This document shows positions 36,176 through 48,702 of a DNA stretch of 64,000 nucleotides, piece by piece. The position numbers were made by a program, and so were the translations under genes. The notes under the pieces were generated by a model that had not been told where the DNA came from, did not search any database, and saw only the letters and a list, made by a program, of their open reading frames with translations. The stretch's first letter is position 1. Every line of letters begins with the position of its first letter. This DNA comes from Amphiscolops sp. MND2022 (lineage: Eukaryota): NCBI GenBank assembly GCA_964187785.1, contig OZ076412.1, positions 38,874,001 to 38,938,000 on the forward strand. Direction: 5' to 3'.

Positions 36176-39100
36176 AAAGTGAGAGTGATGTACAAGCATT
36201 GATGCAAAGGCTGACCGATGATAGAACAAACAATGTCAGAAATGAGACAAGAAACGAATGAATAGCTATATTTAATGATACAAGAAATGAAGAGTAACAA
36301 AAGAACACAATCAGTTTCAACCAGGAAGACTTATGAACAAACTACATAAAAAGAAACGACCAATCTTGTGAAAATTGGGAACGTTGAGGTATACGCCTCT
36401 AATATGGATAATCAGAAAACTGAATACAGAATGTTCCTTTGCTGCCTTCTGAATTAAGTGAACTATGTGGATAATGGAGAATTTCATTCATATGACATAG
36501 TGATTTGACACAGTGTATTTGATTCAGTGATAATAATTGAGGAACGTACAGGTGAGGATTATCACAATGACATGTTTCTTAACAGTTTTCTGAATCTTTC
36601 TAAATGGCTCAATCGCCGACATTCTCATCTCTTTGTGCAGATTTGAAGTTTTTGCGATTTGTGATTGTTTTGTGCTAGATCATATAGTTTTCCTCCAAAA
36701 AAACAATAACTGTCCCAGTGCCACTGCGGCGCTTCATTCGAATTTCAGCTTCAGACAAACAACGAAAAAGTATTTTTGAAATATGTATCTGAAATTAAAT
36801 AATATTTCAGGCAAAAATTGCGCAAGATTTTTCTCGATCGATAAATATACGTTGAGTCGAAAATTTATTTATTCATGAGCTTTGATCAATGAATTTGTTT
36901 TGATCCAACAAATTATTGACTCATCGTCTTTTATCTCGTCGACTTCAATCATTCCAACTGAGAGGCTTCGTGAAATCAAAAAAAGTCCAAAATTGAATCA
37001 ATTTGAGAATGAAGAGTATTCCAGATGTCTGTGGCGCTACTAATATTGGTAAAGTCTGTATCCTTGAAAGCATTGCAATAATTGTATGCGCAGTCTTGGT
37101 GAGTTCAAAAAATTTCTGAATTAACAGTGTAAACAATCGAAACATCAATAAAGTCAAGATGAACTGAAAAAATTGTCAACAATTTGTTCTGAAAGGGAAG
37201 ATGCTGATTGTGCAAAAAATGGAGTCTCGAGTGATCACAATGTAAAACCGAAAACTATTTGGAAGTGAACAGTATTCAGGTGCCAAAATCTGCGGCGTTC
37301 ACTTGGTAATCACTTCGGAATACCTTTAGTTCTGATTTTCAACTTTTCAAGTAGTTTTTTGGTGTTCAAACGTCATTTCTAATTGAAGATAAGATCAAAA
37401 AATGAGCCAGGAGGAACCATTTTCATCTTTCCAACTTTGAAGTCATTGACGTCTTTGAAAACCTACATAAATATATTTGGTCATGCTGGTTAGCTGCGAG
37501 TTTGTTGACAAAATCAATTCTGAGAAGTCTCGAAGGTGCCGCAGGGCAAATAATCAAACAAGTCTAGCTAGAAACATACATACCATAATTCAAGCGAAAT
37601 ACTGCAATCAAAAATGCATGAAAAGGGGCCCATACTTCATATATTGATCTCATCAAGTATTTTTTCCACTCAACAAAACGAAATAACTTCGCACCGGAAT
37701 TTCTTGTCGCTTGTTTTTGTTGGTAATACAGTTTTTCGAAACAACATCCAAAGATGCAGATACACGTTTCTAAAGTATTCACATTTTCATGAAAGTATTC
37801 CCAGTTCTTGTTTCAACTTGGCTGAAAATGATCATGACTTTGCCACTGCTTCTTTTCAGCATGAATTCCCGATATCGCCATTCGAGGATAGTTTTTCATG
37901 AGGTTTGTGAATTTCAGTGGTTATTCCAGAGTTTAGACGCATTTTCTTGAATTTTAGTCATTAATCCAGTCTTTAGAATTTATTTCACTTTTCGGCGAGC
38001 CTGAATAACGGTTCCACTCGGTCTTTCTCGTTTTACCGTTTCTCCACACCAAGAATTTTCCACATTTTCCCCTTAAAATCTGATTTTGCGATTCAGCAAC
38101 TTCATAGTTGCTAATTACTACTATATTCCTATTTATTTTGAGACTTTTCACAGTAACTTTTCCTAGCAAAGAAATTCAACTGTTCAATTCAGACCACTGA
38201 TTACACTTTCTTAGAAAAGAACCGTGCGAGTTGTTGCTTCGCATTTCATAAATTCCAAACAATGTAGAAGTAACAATTACATAACCTTTTCAAGCATATA
38301 TTCAACAACATTCAGAGAGTTAACGTCTCAGTATTTGGGTTGGGAGTTGAGTCCGTTATGGTTACAATTTGTGTTCAACAAAGCTCACACGAGAATATTT
38401 TTTGTAGAGAAAGACGGATTAGCACGGATTTAAGAAATTCGGTGAAGAAAACGAAGCTATTTTCTCATTACATTGGGTATTTTGGTCACATGAGTTTCGT
38501 CAGTGTCATAGCCATGAGATCAACGAAAAATCAAAACCAAAAGAAAGGCGGTAAAAGATTTGCATTACAGTGCATCTGCAAGCTTTTTCTGAGCGTTTTG
38601 CGGAAATCAGGACACGAAATCGCGGAAACCGAGACGCGTGCACTGAATGCATTCCCCTTTGATGTCGACTGCCTTAGCCAGTGGATGGAAGATCCGCCAG
38701 TGGATGTTTTCTGGACTTTTCTAGTTCGAAGATTTGCCATTGGAACCATGTAGGAAGACTTTTTTGAATACGATTTGCTCAACTTTATCATGTTCCAATA
38801 GTCAACTTAATCATGTTCCTTAACAAAGTAGAGAAATGATTAGTACTTACACTGGTTGAAAATTTTTCTGATAATATTTCTTATGGGGCTTTGATTTTAA
38901 GTTTTCCATTGCTGTAAAAAACTTTATTTTTAGTTGGCGCTTGTGACAAAAGTGTCGGACTCTTACAATGGTGGCTAGTTTTTTCCTTTTTTGTCTGACC
39001 ACGAAGCTCACTCTGTATATACCACTTTTTGGTGTTGAGGTTAATCGGCTTAGTGGGAACCCAGCAGTCCCTGTTTCAGCCTGCAATTTTTTTGTGCTTT

Positions 39101-40589
39101 TGCAGTTCACTGAAGAGAACGTGGAGGTTCGAAAAGATATGCTTTTGGTGAACTTCTAAAATTGTTGCATACTTGCTGAAAGTCAGCATGTTTAATCCAA
39201 CCTTGTTAGCTATCAAGACTTTTCAATTATCAATCTTAGATAAAAATCCGGATGAGGAATAAAGTTAATAGCATTCATGTGTTTGCTTCAAGACAACGTG
39301 AATTTAGGTAAATAATTTAATTGGATAATTGATGAAAATGAATCATAATGAAGGTTATTCTGGGTCATAATTTTTCCTGACAATAATTCTCATTTTTTTG
39401 CTGAAAAGTCAATGGCGAGTCTTTTTGCTGTAATATGGACTTTTAGGAGCACGCTTAAGTTTCTGCATTTCGGTTTTCAGTCAGAATTTCTTCAAAAACT
39501 TATCGTTTCTGGAATCCTTTTCAAATGTCTGTGTTTAATGTGCCAGGGTCAAAACTTGTAAAGGTTTCATACTTCAATTTTATACTCGATACTGTCAAAA
39601 AATTCACCATATATGTATACATATAAAACTTTATTCGTAGGAGAAACGAGACTGCAGAGTGATGAGAACTGCTGACTCCTATAAAGTGCAAATTGAACAT
39701 AATTCCAATCTACAATCATTGCAAGTGCAAAAAATTGAACTGTATTTCATTGCAGTATTCAACTATTCTTATATTGGGAACCAGCAAAACACGTTTGTTA
39801 AAGTTTTTTGGCCAATTGTCTCTTCAGATAAGAAACATCATTTAAAAAACTTTTTTCGAAAAATACTTTTATAGAGATGTAAAAAAATGATTATATCCAA
39901 AATAGTCTGAGATATTGATGACGCCATTGAGATGTAATGTTTTTTTTCTGTAATTTGCAAACTAGCATTGTAGCATTACTTCGCAGGAACTTTTTCCAAC
40001 AGTTGTCCACGTTGCACATTACCGCGTGAATTTTCTTCAAGGTCAAGACTTGAAAGACCTGCTAAATTATGCATAAATCGAACTAATCGATTGATTCCTG
40101 CAAATAATACACTTCATTGAATCCTTCAGACCATATCTTCATTACCACCGTTTTTGATGTATAATGAATACATAAGTGCAAATTTGCGGATTGAATTTTC
40201 CTAGAATTCCGTTCAAAATAAAATGAAAGCTCGAAACAACCAAACGCTTAAGGTCAGAGACGTCGGAATGCGTCTCATCTTCCACGCTTTTACTATTGAA
40301 CTCCTCTTGTTCTGATGAAAACTTCATTATTTCCGCCCATATATTTCCATATGGGAAAGAAAAATTACTAACTCAAAAGTTTGCCATATTCCAATTTTCT
40401 TCTATCCAAATTGAAGGGTAGAATTCAACTGACATAAACTTAGTTTCGAGCATAATGTATTCAGAGACGTTTGGAACTTATTTGATTGACACCAAATTTA
40501 ATTTGAGAAAAAACAATAACTTCGGAAATTTGCCAATTTTCAAGTTTTTGATGCACTTTTTGTACAGTTTTCAAACAATTTCGTGGTTT

Positions 40590-41457
40590 CCCAGTGTAAC
40601 ATATCTTGAAACTCTTGCCAAGAATCTTACAATTTCCTAAAACACTTGGTAAGAATCTTGACAAGATTATTACCAAGAGCGCCAAGAATATGTACGATCT
40701 TGCAAGATCTTGCCAAGAACTTCAAGAAAAATACCTGTGTTTTTAAACTGAAAAACGCACAAAAAGGGTTTCTGGTACAAAAAAAATCCTCTCGGGAAAA
40801 TCCAAGAATCTTGTCAAGAAATCCAAGAAAATCCAAGAAATGCCAAGAATCTTGGCAAGAAATCCGGGAAAACCCAAGAATAGGCGGGAAAAAGTAAGAG
40901 TTTAACGGATGATCATGAATGAAATTGCATGAAAAGATGTTAACTTTCATTTATTTTGGTAAAAGTAAAGCTGTTAAGCACCACTTAAATGGAGAATTGG
41001 TGAACTGAAATTGGTACGTATACTGTATCATACTACAGTTCTAAAAAAGACGATATGTCAATTGGTACCAAACTTTGTTTCGTATTATTACAACGTTATC
41101 AATCTGATTTAACAATTTGGCTCCAAAATACTTTTGGAAAATTTCCCTGATTTCATTTTTGATATGTTTCCATATTTCAGCTGCAAATTTTATTATTAAC
41201 AAAATTTGTTCCATGTGAACGCTCCTGGTTGGTGTTTGATGAAATGCATAAATTATTACAGACATAAATAAAATGCTAAATGCAGTTTTAACCTCCCGGA
41301 ATTCTTGACAAGTATCTTGCCAAATTCTTGTCAAGATTTCAAGTTTTTTTTATCTGTCCAAGATAATTCAAGATCTTATCAAGGTTTTCAGGAGGTAACG
41401 GGAATTTGCGGGAAAATTCAAGATCTTGGCAAGAGTTTCAAGATATTTTTCAGTGGG
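40590..41457. mobile_element. EnSpm/CMC-type MITE (CTTGCCAAG family)
   Basis: TIR of about 38 bp CCCA(G/C)TG.AA.ATATCTTGAAACTCTTGCCAAGA, 2-bp TSD TT, and internal CCAAGAA repeats. Confidence 0.75.
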
Positions 41458-41952
41458 TTAAAATGTCCAAAAAGTTCCGTCACGCCAAAAACAATCAGGC
41501 ATCAAGGATGATTTTTTTTCGGGAGAAATTTGAAAAGTTTGAAAAGTGTCTCAAAAGGACTACAAAATATGTAAAAGGTAACAAAAAGTTACAATTTTCA
41601 AACTTTTTGCCATGCCATTTTTTTGACTCTCCATAATTTTCGTGCGTTAAGTATCCAAAAAGTTTCAGACGAAAATACCAGCTGTCAAAGATGCTTTGTT
41701 GAAAAAAACCTGAAAAGTTCGGTTAAAGAAGTTTCCAAAAATGGCCCCAATTTTACAAACTTTGGCGTTTTGTGGACGTATTTCGAACATCTTTCGTGTT
41801 AGAATATTGAAAATAATCCAATGTGAAAAAAACACCTATCCAAAAGGGGACGAACATTTTTCTGAGAATAAAACTGAATAGTTTTGATTGAAAAGTGCAC
41901 GAAATTTACCGCAACCTGGGAATGTCAAGTTTTTTCTTCCATTTCCTGACGT

Positions 41953-42159
41953 TGTTGTTGTATTTCTAACTAATACTAGGAAAAGAACAGGGTTTTCTAA
42001 AATTATATCTCTTCTATACTCAAGCGTATGCTATGTAACGAATAACATAAAGTGATGTATCAGTTTTACACCTAATTTTTGTAAACAATACGGCAGGTAT
42101 GTCTATGACCGAAGTTTGGTAAAGGTCAGTTTCTTGATTGACGGATGAACCGTATAACA
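41953..42159 (-). repeat. 3' LTR of a truncated LTR retrotransposon (about 207 bp)
   Basis: Starts TGTTAT directly after a polypurine tract and ends ...AAATACAACAACA, giving TGTT/AACA termini. Confidence 0.6.
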
Positions 42160-42176
42160 TTCCCTCTTCTCTCTCT
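42160..42176 (-). promoter_or_regulatory. Polypurine tract
   Basis: AGAGAGAGAAGAGGGAA (17 purines) immediately precedes TG on the minus strand. Confidence 0.8.
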
Positions 42177-42319
42177 GGGGTTCTTCAGAAGCTGGCTGAC
42201 GTGGTGGGTAACGTCATGTTGCAGGGCAAGAAGTCTTGAGGCTTTTGTATGTCTCCCGGTATTGTCTTTGGTGTGCCTTTTGTTCGATTCTAAAGATGAC
42301 CTGTGACACAACAAGTTTT

Positions 42320-42739
42320 TCATACCCAGAAATTTCTTTTATAGTATATGCTACCGTATCTATTCGGTCTATTTGTATTTCGGTGTGACCGCCTATGATT
42401 ATTTTCTGTATTCTCACCCTGAGGCATTTCTCCGTTTGTGTGGATTTGTATTGCGTCATTTTCGGGGTCTGTCCGTATCGGGGCATATCGTCCTCTTCTT
42501 TCCGATGTGTCGTAAGTTTTTCCGGCTTCTTCCGGCATCTCTTCTTCATCATCATCGTCATCATCTTCGTCTTCCGTTTCAGTCTCGGTTTGCTTTTTGT
42601 TTTGTACTAATCGTAGTTTTTCATTTAGGATGTCCCTTAGGATTTCATCCCATTTTCCGTATTTGCCGTCAAGTCCTCGTAGGCAGTGTCGGGTCTTCGG
42701 TGTTATTTCGGCAGAGACTGTGGGGGCCGATTCAAGTTT
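42320..42739 (-). pseudogene. Integrase C-terminal tail of an LTR retrotransposon
   Basis: Open frame with an acidic tract, ending RRSHRNTNRPNRYGSIYYKRNFWV*, the typical RRS.R...P.RY pol tail. The PPT and LTR follow. Confidence 0.65.
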
Positions 42740-45700
42740 TTATACAGTTTAATAAAATTTTTGTGGCTCTAAAAATCCAGAAAATTGAACGAGGAAAAAT
42801 TGGTAATCAGGACGCGTTTTTGAAAAAACATTGGAAAGGTTTATTGGAAGGGTGCCTCGAATTAACCACCAAAAATGACGAAACAAACCGTCATCTGGTA
42901 CGCTTTTACAACGAACAGTTTGGAGTTCATGGATAAAAAGGTCAAAAAGGACCCCTAAAAAGACGAACGGTGGCTGATCAATTTCTAAAGGTTAGAATAT
43001 CAAGAGAGTTTTTAAATGAGACAAACTATACAACATGTGTTTCAGAAGAGAATTTTGATCTTTGTTCAAAATACACAAATGTCTATTTAAAAAACTGTCT
43101 ATTTAAAAACTCTATTTAAAAACTTTAAATACACAATGACTATTTAAAAAAAGTTTTCAAGAGTCAACCGTTTGAAGCAATATATGTATTTTTCGCCTGA
43201 GTATAAAAGACTGCATCTTTCAAAAACAAAGCTTCTTTGATTTTGGAGGCCTTTCAACAGTGCAAGCAACAGCTAATCTTTCAGAAAGCTTTTATCTGCA
43301 CAAACCTAGCAAAAATGTCTTTTTTGTAACTTCGATGCAAGTTTTGTTCAACTTCTTGTTATTATGGTGAGTATCACTACTCACTGTGTCCAGAACATAT
43401 TTGATTATCTAAGCAACGTCTCCAGGACAAAAGCGTAATAGGGGAAATCTTCAAAATGGCCCGAAAAGCATAAAAACCTGCAAAACGTGCAATATTCTAG
43501 AATTGAGTGGCTGTTTTTGTACCGTTTTTAGACATTTTGGTAGTTTACAAATCCATTGAATCCGAGGCGTGCAAAACAATTATCTAGCATAATATCAAAA
43601 CAAAAAAGTTTAGCTTTTCAAAGAAGAAGCCTCGAAAAGCCAACAAGCTACCTTTTCTCCAATTTCTGAAGTTTTATAGAAGTTTCTGACATTTTGCGAT
43701 CTTCTAGTGAGCACGAACAATGACAGCGTTCAAACGAGGTACAAACAAGACGCCCGCTGATCAGCGAAATATTTTCCGCCCCAAAATGTTCTACAACTAA
43801 ATAAATTTGAGGCTCAAGAACAGCCAATGCACTATAAAAACGCAAAGAAGTTCGTAGAGAGGAAAATTTTGATTCATCTTCAAAGGAAGGAAACCCCTAA
43901 TTTATAATTTCTTCAATAGCTGGCCACTTTTCGTTTTTTTCGGCACTATGCGACTTACCCAGAAAGTTTTCTGTAAAAGAAATAGGTTTCCCGAGTCTTG
44001 AGGGTGACTTATTTGTTACTTTTGATCATATGGAACTGACGAGGTTTCTTCTTGATCGTGGACTTTACCTCATTTCAGTCTTTCGACTCTGTGCGTCTCT
44101 CCGAAACTTGCATTTGGTCAAAGAGTACCCCCTTGTTTCATAGTTATTTCGGATTGAGAAAAGTAGTTTTGTGAGCTGAAACTCGTTTCGCCAGCATAGA
44201 ATTTTACCGGAAAAATATCAAAAAAATGGATTTTTTTGTGATTCCTGTTGGGCAAAAAGTGATTTTTTAGTCTCAGGCGTATTTCTTGAGGTAATGTTTG
44301 GCACTGAGAAAATGTAAAAGCTTGAAAAAAGGTCCTTTGCAAATTTAAGAAAGTTGAGCGATCACCGTTTGTTATATTATTGCACATAGTTCCACCAGAA
44401 ATGTCAAAAATTGAAATTAAATTTGACAAATTTGGGGTCAATTTGGCGTACTTTTCTACCAGGAATATACAGATGTCTCTTCAAAATTAGGCCTCCTGGA
44501 CACCGAGTTTAGCTGTTGTTGAATGTTTACACCATTCTAACCCACGAAGTAGCTCGAAACATGTTCCTTTGGAAGGTGTACTCCATTTGTAGTGATTTTG
44601 CTTGGAGGTTGTTGAATATTGAATATCGGATAAATGAGGTCGAAATTTACGTTTTCAAGCAAAGTTTTCGAAAAATGGGCAAAAAAACTTGTCTGATTTC
44701 ATCTTGAAACACTACCGGTAGCTACACGTTTCAATCCGGAGCCTATGGTATTTCTGATTTTGGGAAAGGGTTCAAAACGGGACAATGTTGTCGAAAATAA
44801 AAAGAATGTTTGGAAATTTTGACACAATTGTTGTAAACTTGATGAACTTCATCCCACTTTATTTCCAATTACGTTTTGAATACCTTATTGGTTCAACGCT
44901 CAGGTCTGTGGAAGTTGTATTCTTTAGAAACTTTCGTGGATGGAACAAAAAGTGGGATTAGTTTGTCAAACAACGTGCTTTTTTGTTGTCTTATGGATTT
45001 TTGGGCGTTTGAGGCCTTTTCCAACAAACAAATGCAGTTATCTCTTCAAAATTGCTTACTGGAGATATCCGGACTAGTGAATGTTTTTTAAACCATTTTA
45101 TGCAAGGAAGTAGCCCAAAAATGGTACAAAAAACTACTTAAAATTGTAAAAAAAAATAAAAGTTCTCAGTTTTTCGAATATTTGGGTGATTCTGAGGAAA
45201 CTTTCTACCATAAATTAGGCATTTTTTTGGAAAACGTGCTTCGGACCTAGTTTCATCATCTGGAGTTTTTCGAAGCTTTTATTTTACCAAAATTTTCCAA
45301 TCTCAAATAAAACTGAAAATGACTCAACATCTTCTCAACATGGGAAAACTGATGATATTTCTCTAATTTATAGAAAAAGCCCAAACAAGAACTAAAAACT
45401 TCCATGCTTCTTGCTTCTTTTAACAATTTTCGCTTGTTTTAGGAAATTTTATGGAGTTCAAAAACAAAGAGTCTAGCTGCTTAACTTGATTTTTGGAAAC
45501 TTCCGAAATGTTCAACAATGAAAGTCCTAGCTATCCAGCTTCTTTGAAGGGATAATTGCAGAAAGACTTTGATGGAAAAGTACCTCAGATTAACGTCGAA
45601 GTAGTCAAAATAAAAGTTTTTTCAAAGTTTCAAAGTTTTTTCCGAAGTTACTCCTACTTTTGTACAATTTTAGTGAGGCACATTATCTACATTATCAAAT

Positions 45701-48236
45701 TCAGTTCGAAGACGAAAGAATTAGCTATCTAGTACGCATGTTCAAAGAGAAATCTGCAGTTTCTTGATACGAACGCAGTCCCAAAATCAATGCAAAAAAC
45801 CAAAAGATTCAAAAATGATCTTTTTTGACACTTTACTTACAGTTTCCGAACAGTTTTTGGAGTTTTTCGTAGGTTGGATCATCAAGTGATCTCAACGTCC
45901 AAGAAATAGTCAACTCAGTTGGTTTTTTGAACAAATGAAATGAAAAGTTTTTTTCGAGAAGTTCCTCAAAAAGACAACAAAAACCGAAAATCCTTAATGT
46001 TTTCAAATATCATACCATTTGCTGTCAACTTTTGTTAGATTCTGAACGTTCTCGTAAGTTAGAATATCCGCCAAGCTCAGCGATGGAACATTTAGCTATC
46101 AATACGGTTGTCAATCGAACAATTCGAAGAAGTAAGTTTTTTCCCATTTTCGACATTTTTGGGCCAATTATAATCAATATTTTGACTACCAAAATTTTTA
46201 ATTATCAAAGTTTTAAAACAAAGGAAGGCTTGAACTGTATTAAAAGACTACAAAAGTTTCTTTTTTTGACCCTAGTACCTCTTTTATAAAATGTCTAGGC
46301 GTTTGTTAAACTTAACATTCTACAGGGTATAGAAACACTTCTGATGGCTACCCAGCAGTTTTTGAAGTGAGAAACTTCTTCTTCAATTGATAAAATACCT
46401 CCATGACCCAAAATTTTAACCACTTTTTCTGAGGTATTTTTACTCTTTTCTGAAGGGTTGATAAGCAATGCCATCAGGTATTTAGTGTTTTTCTGGGATT
46501 GAGAAATAGTGTTTTCAATCAAAGTTGGTCAATAGAAACCAAAGTTTCATGAGGACCTTAGGTAGTGGTTCGAGCATTAGGCCTATTGTTGAGTTTCGAG
46601 CAAACTCTTAATCCCTGGCTCGGTGATATGATATTAAAAAGTAGAGTGCAAATGACGGAGAAAACAAATTTAAAAAGTAACCACGGTTTTCGTACTTTTG
46701 TGACTCAGACTGAATCACCTCGAAACCGCTCCTTTATGTCAACCGTCGGACAAGTATAATAACATACTGTAGCTTGCTTGGAAGAGATAACATCCGGAAA
46801 CTTTTTGACGTCAAAAGTCAAAAATAGGTTATTCCCAGATCCCGAAAGTATCGGGATTTGATATTTTTCAACTTCCGAATTTTTTGGCGTCTGGATTACG
46901 GTTTTTGGAAATTTACGTTGATATTATTATCCACAGAGTTCAACAACAAAACAATTACGTACTAGAATGCGCTCAAACTAATTTTTTATCCGAAATGGGA
47001 TAATATAAATTGGAAAGTGTCAAAAATTTCAACTTTCATAGCATTTTCACTGTTCATTGGCTGCTCCCGAGCTTTGAATTTATGCCGTTGCTGGAACAAG
47101 CCGTTTCTGGCTTGGGATCCGCATAGCCTGGAAAACCACTGTTGAATAACTTTGAATTCACAAAACTTCCGATTCAACTCGTGAGAAGCACGAGGTTTGA
47201 CGACTTGAGCTTTTGGAAGTAGCAATAGGGATATCCTTGGTCTCTCTAACTTTTCAAACCGTAACTAATTGTCGTAACGTTGCTTTTAATGGCTACAAAC
47301 AGAGTGATAATTACGAAATTTCCGCAGCAAAAATTGTACTTAAAAATTCTTGATTCGTTTCATCAGAGTCGTTTTCCCCAGAAATGCCAAAAACATGCGT
47401 TTCTCTGATTCTTTCATCTGTTCATTTTGTGAGTGATCGTTTTTTTTCAAGTTACATTTTTTTTTACTTTTGATCATTTTTCTCTCCGATTTTCATTCAT
47501 GAATGGAATCCAATCATTTCAATTCAAGGTAAACTAGAACTTTGTTTTAGTCTAAGAACTTCAAAGTTGTGAACATTTTCTTATCCGTTTTTCTTCTTAG
47601 GAACCCAGTCTGCATCAAAAGCAGTAGATTGTGTGGACAAACTTCAATGTAATCAATAACAATTACGAGCTTTTCAGGTCAAAGAAACCGAAGGTTTCTG
47701 AAGTTCCTCAAATTAAGTTCTGAAATGTTAAAAGCGCGAAATTCATTTTGTGGAGTAATTCATATTTTTACATCAAAAACTAACATTTATAAAATTTTGA
47801 ATTTTCTAAATCAATTGTGTTCTCAAGCACTTGAGCAAATCTAATCACCCTAGTTACTATTACTTGAGGTATTTGGGACAATTGACAACGTTCAGTAACG
47901 TTTACTCTCTTTGAAAATATCGATGACTAAAGTATTTCAGGTGACTAAGTTTTTTTAACGAATCGCGCTTTCAAAAAACAGAAAATTGTAGCGAACTGGG
48001 CATTTTAAAGCAATCTTGGGCAGGAAAAAATTTTTGATTAGTCTTAATTTTTAGCAAAAAGGAAAAATGAAAGCAGATCTTTTCTTGAGATAAATGTTTT
48101 TAGAGGAGTAACTGAAGAATGTCGAGAAGCTACGATTCGTTAAAAAATTGGCACACTTCAAAATTCGAACGTAGAATTACTTTTGAAATGAACATATATT
48201 TTGTTCCATTAAAAAATCTAACCTCGTGAACCACCT

Positions 48237-48655
48237 GTTTTTAGTCGGCAAATTTTGAGAAATGTGCCCGACTAATTTAGTGACTAGTTTCAAAATTTTT
48301 TTTCTCAAGACCGCAGAATGTATGCGAATGGTCCAATTTTCAACAGACATTTTTCTCGAGAGTAGCTAAAACTTGCCAAGTAGACGGCCATCAGATCGAT
48401 GACTGCTGAGGACTAAACATTTTTGTTCGTAAACCTTGACGTATCAAAGGGTCCCTCTTTTGAGTTTTCTCGGTCGGTGCAACTTTTTCCGATTTTTTTT
48501 GCACCAATTTAGATATTTTCTGATCTTTTCGAGTATTTTTGGTCACTCTAAAAGTTATGACCATTTCCTAAAAACCACTCTGGGCATGCATTTGTATGAG
48601 ACTTGCGCTTTTCGAGCTTTAAATGGGGCGTCGACTATGGACGGCCACGTCTTGT
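48237..48655 (+). mobile_element. HINE-like copy adjacent to the Gypsy insertion
   Basis: 5' TTTTTAGTCGGC...AATGTGCCCGACTAA; 3' GCGTCGACTATGGACG-GCCA-CGTCTTGT. Confidence 0.55.
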
Positions 48656-48702
48656 AAATATATTTAAAAAACAAAGGTGGTTCACTAAATTAGAGTGAAA
48701 AG

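Noticed and set aside
36945-37157. Minus-strand hydrophobic ORF with PQTS as a channel TM2-TM3 exon
   Set aside because: No convincing donor site. The plus strand at the same place has a strong GTGAGT donor, and both readings remain weak.
38340-38753. Cys-loop motif in LNAFPFDVDC
   Set aside because: Spacing does not fit C-x13-C: the first Cys is absent and only two residues separate D and C.
38531-38791. Immunoglobulin V-like SIHWLRQ motif on the minus strand
   Set aside because: No flanking Ig cysteines at the right spacing; probably chance.
40590-41461. piggyBac assignment from the GGG|TTAA right flank
   Set aside because: The left flank is GTTT, not TTAA. A 2-bp TT duplication fits both ends and parallels the AA TSD of 33412-35166.
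42373-42936. 187-aa plus-strand ORF with a His-rich stretch
   Set aside because: Antisense shadow of the acidic integrase tail on the minus strand.
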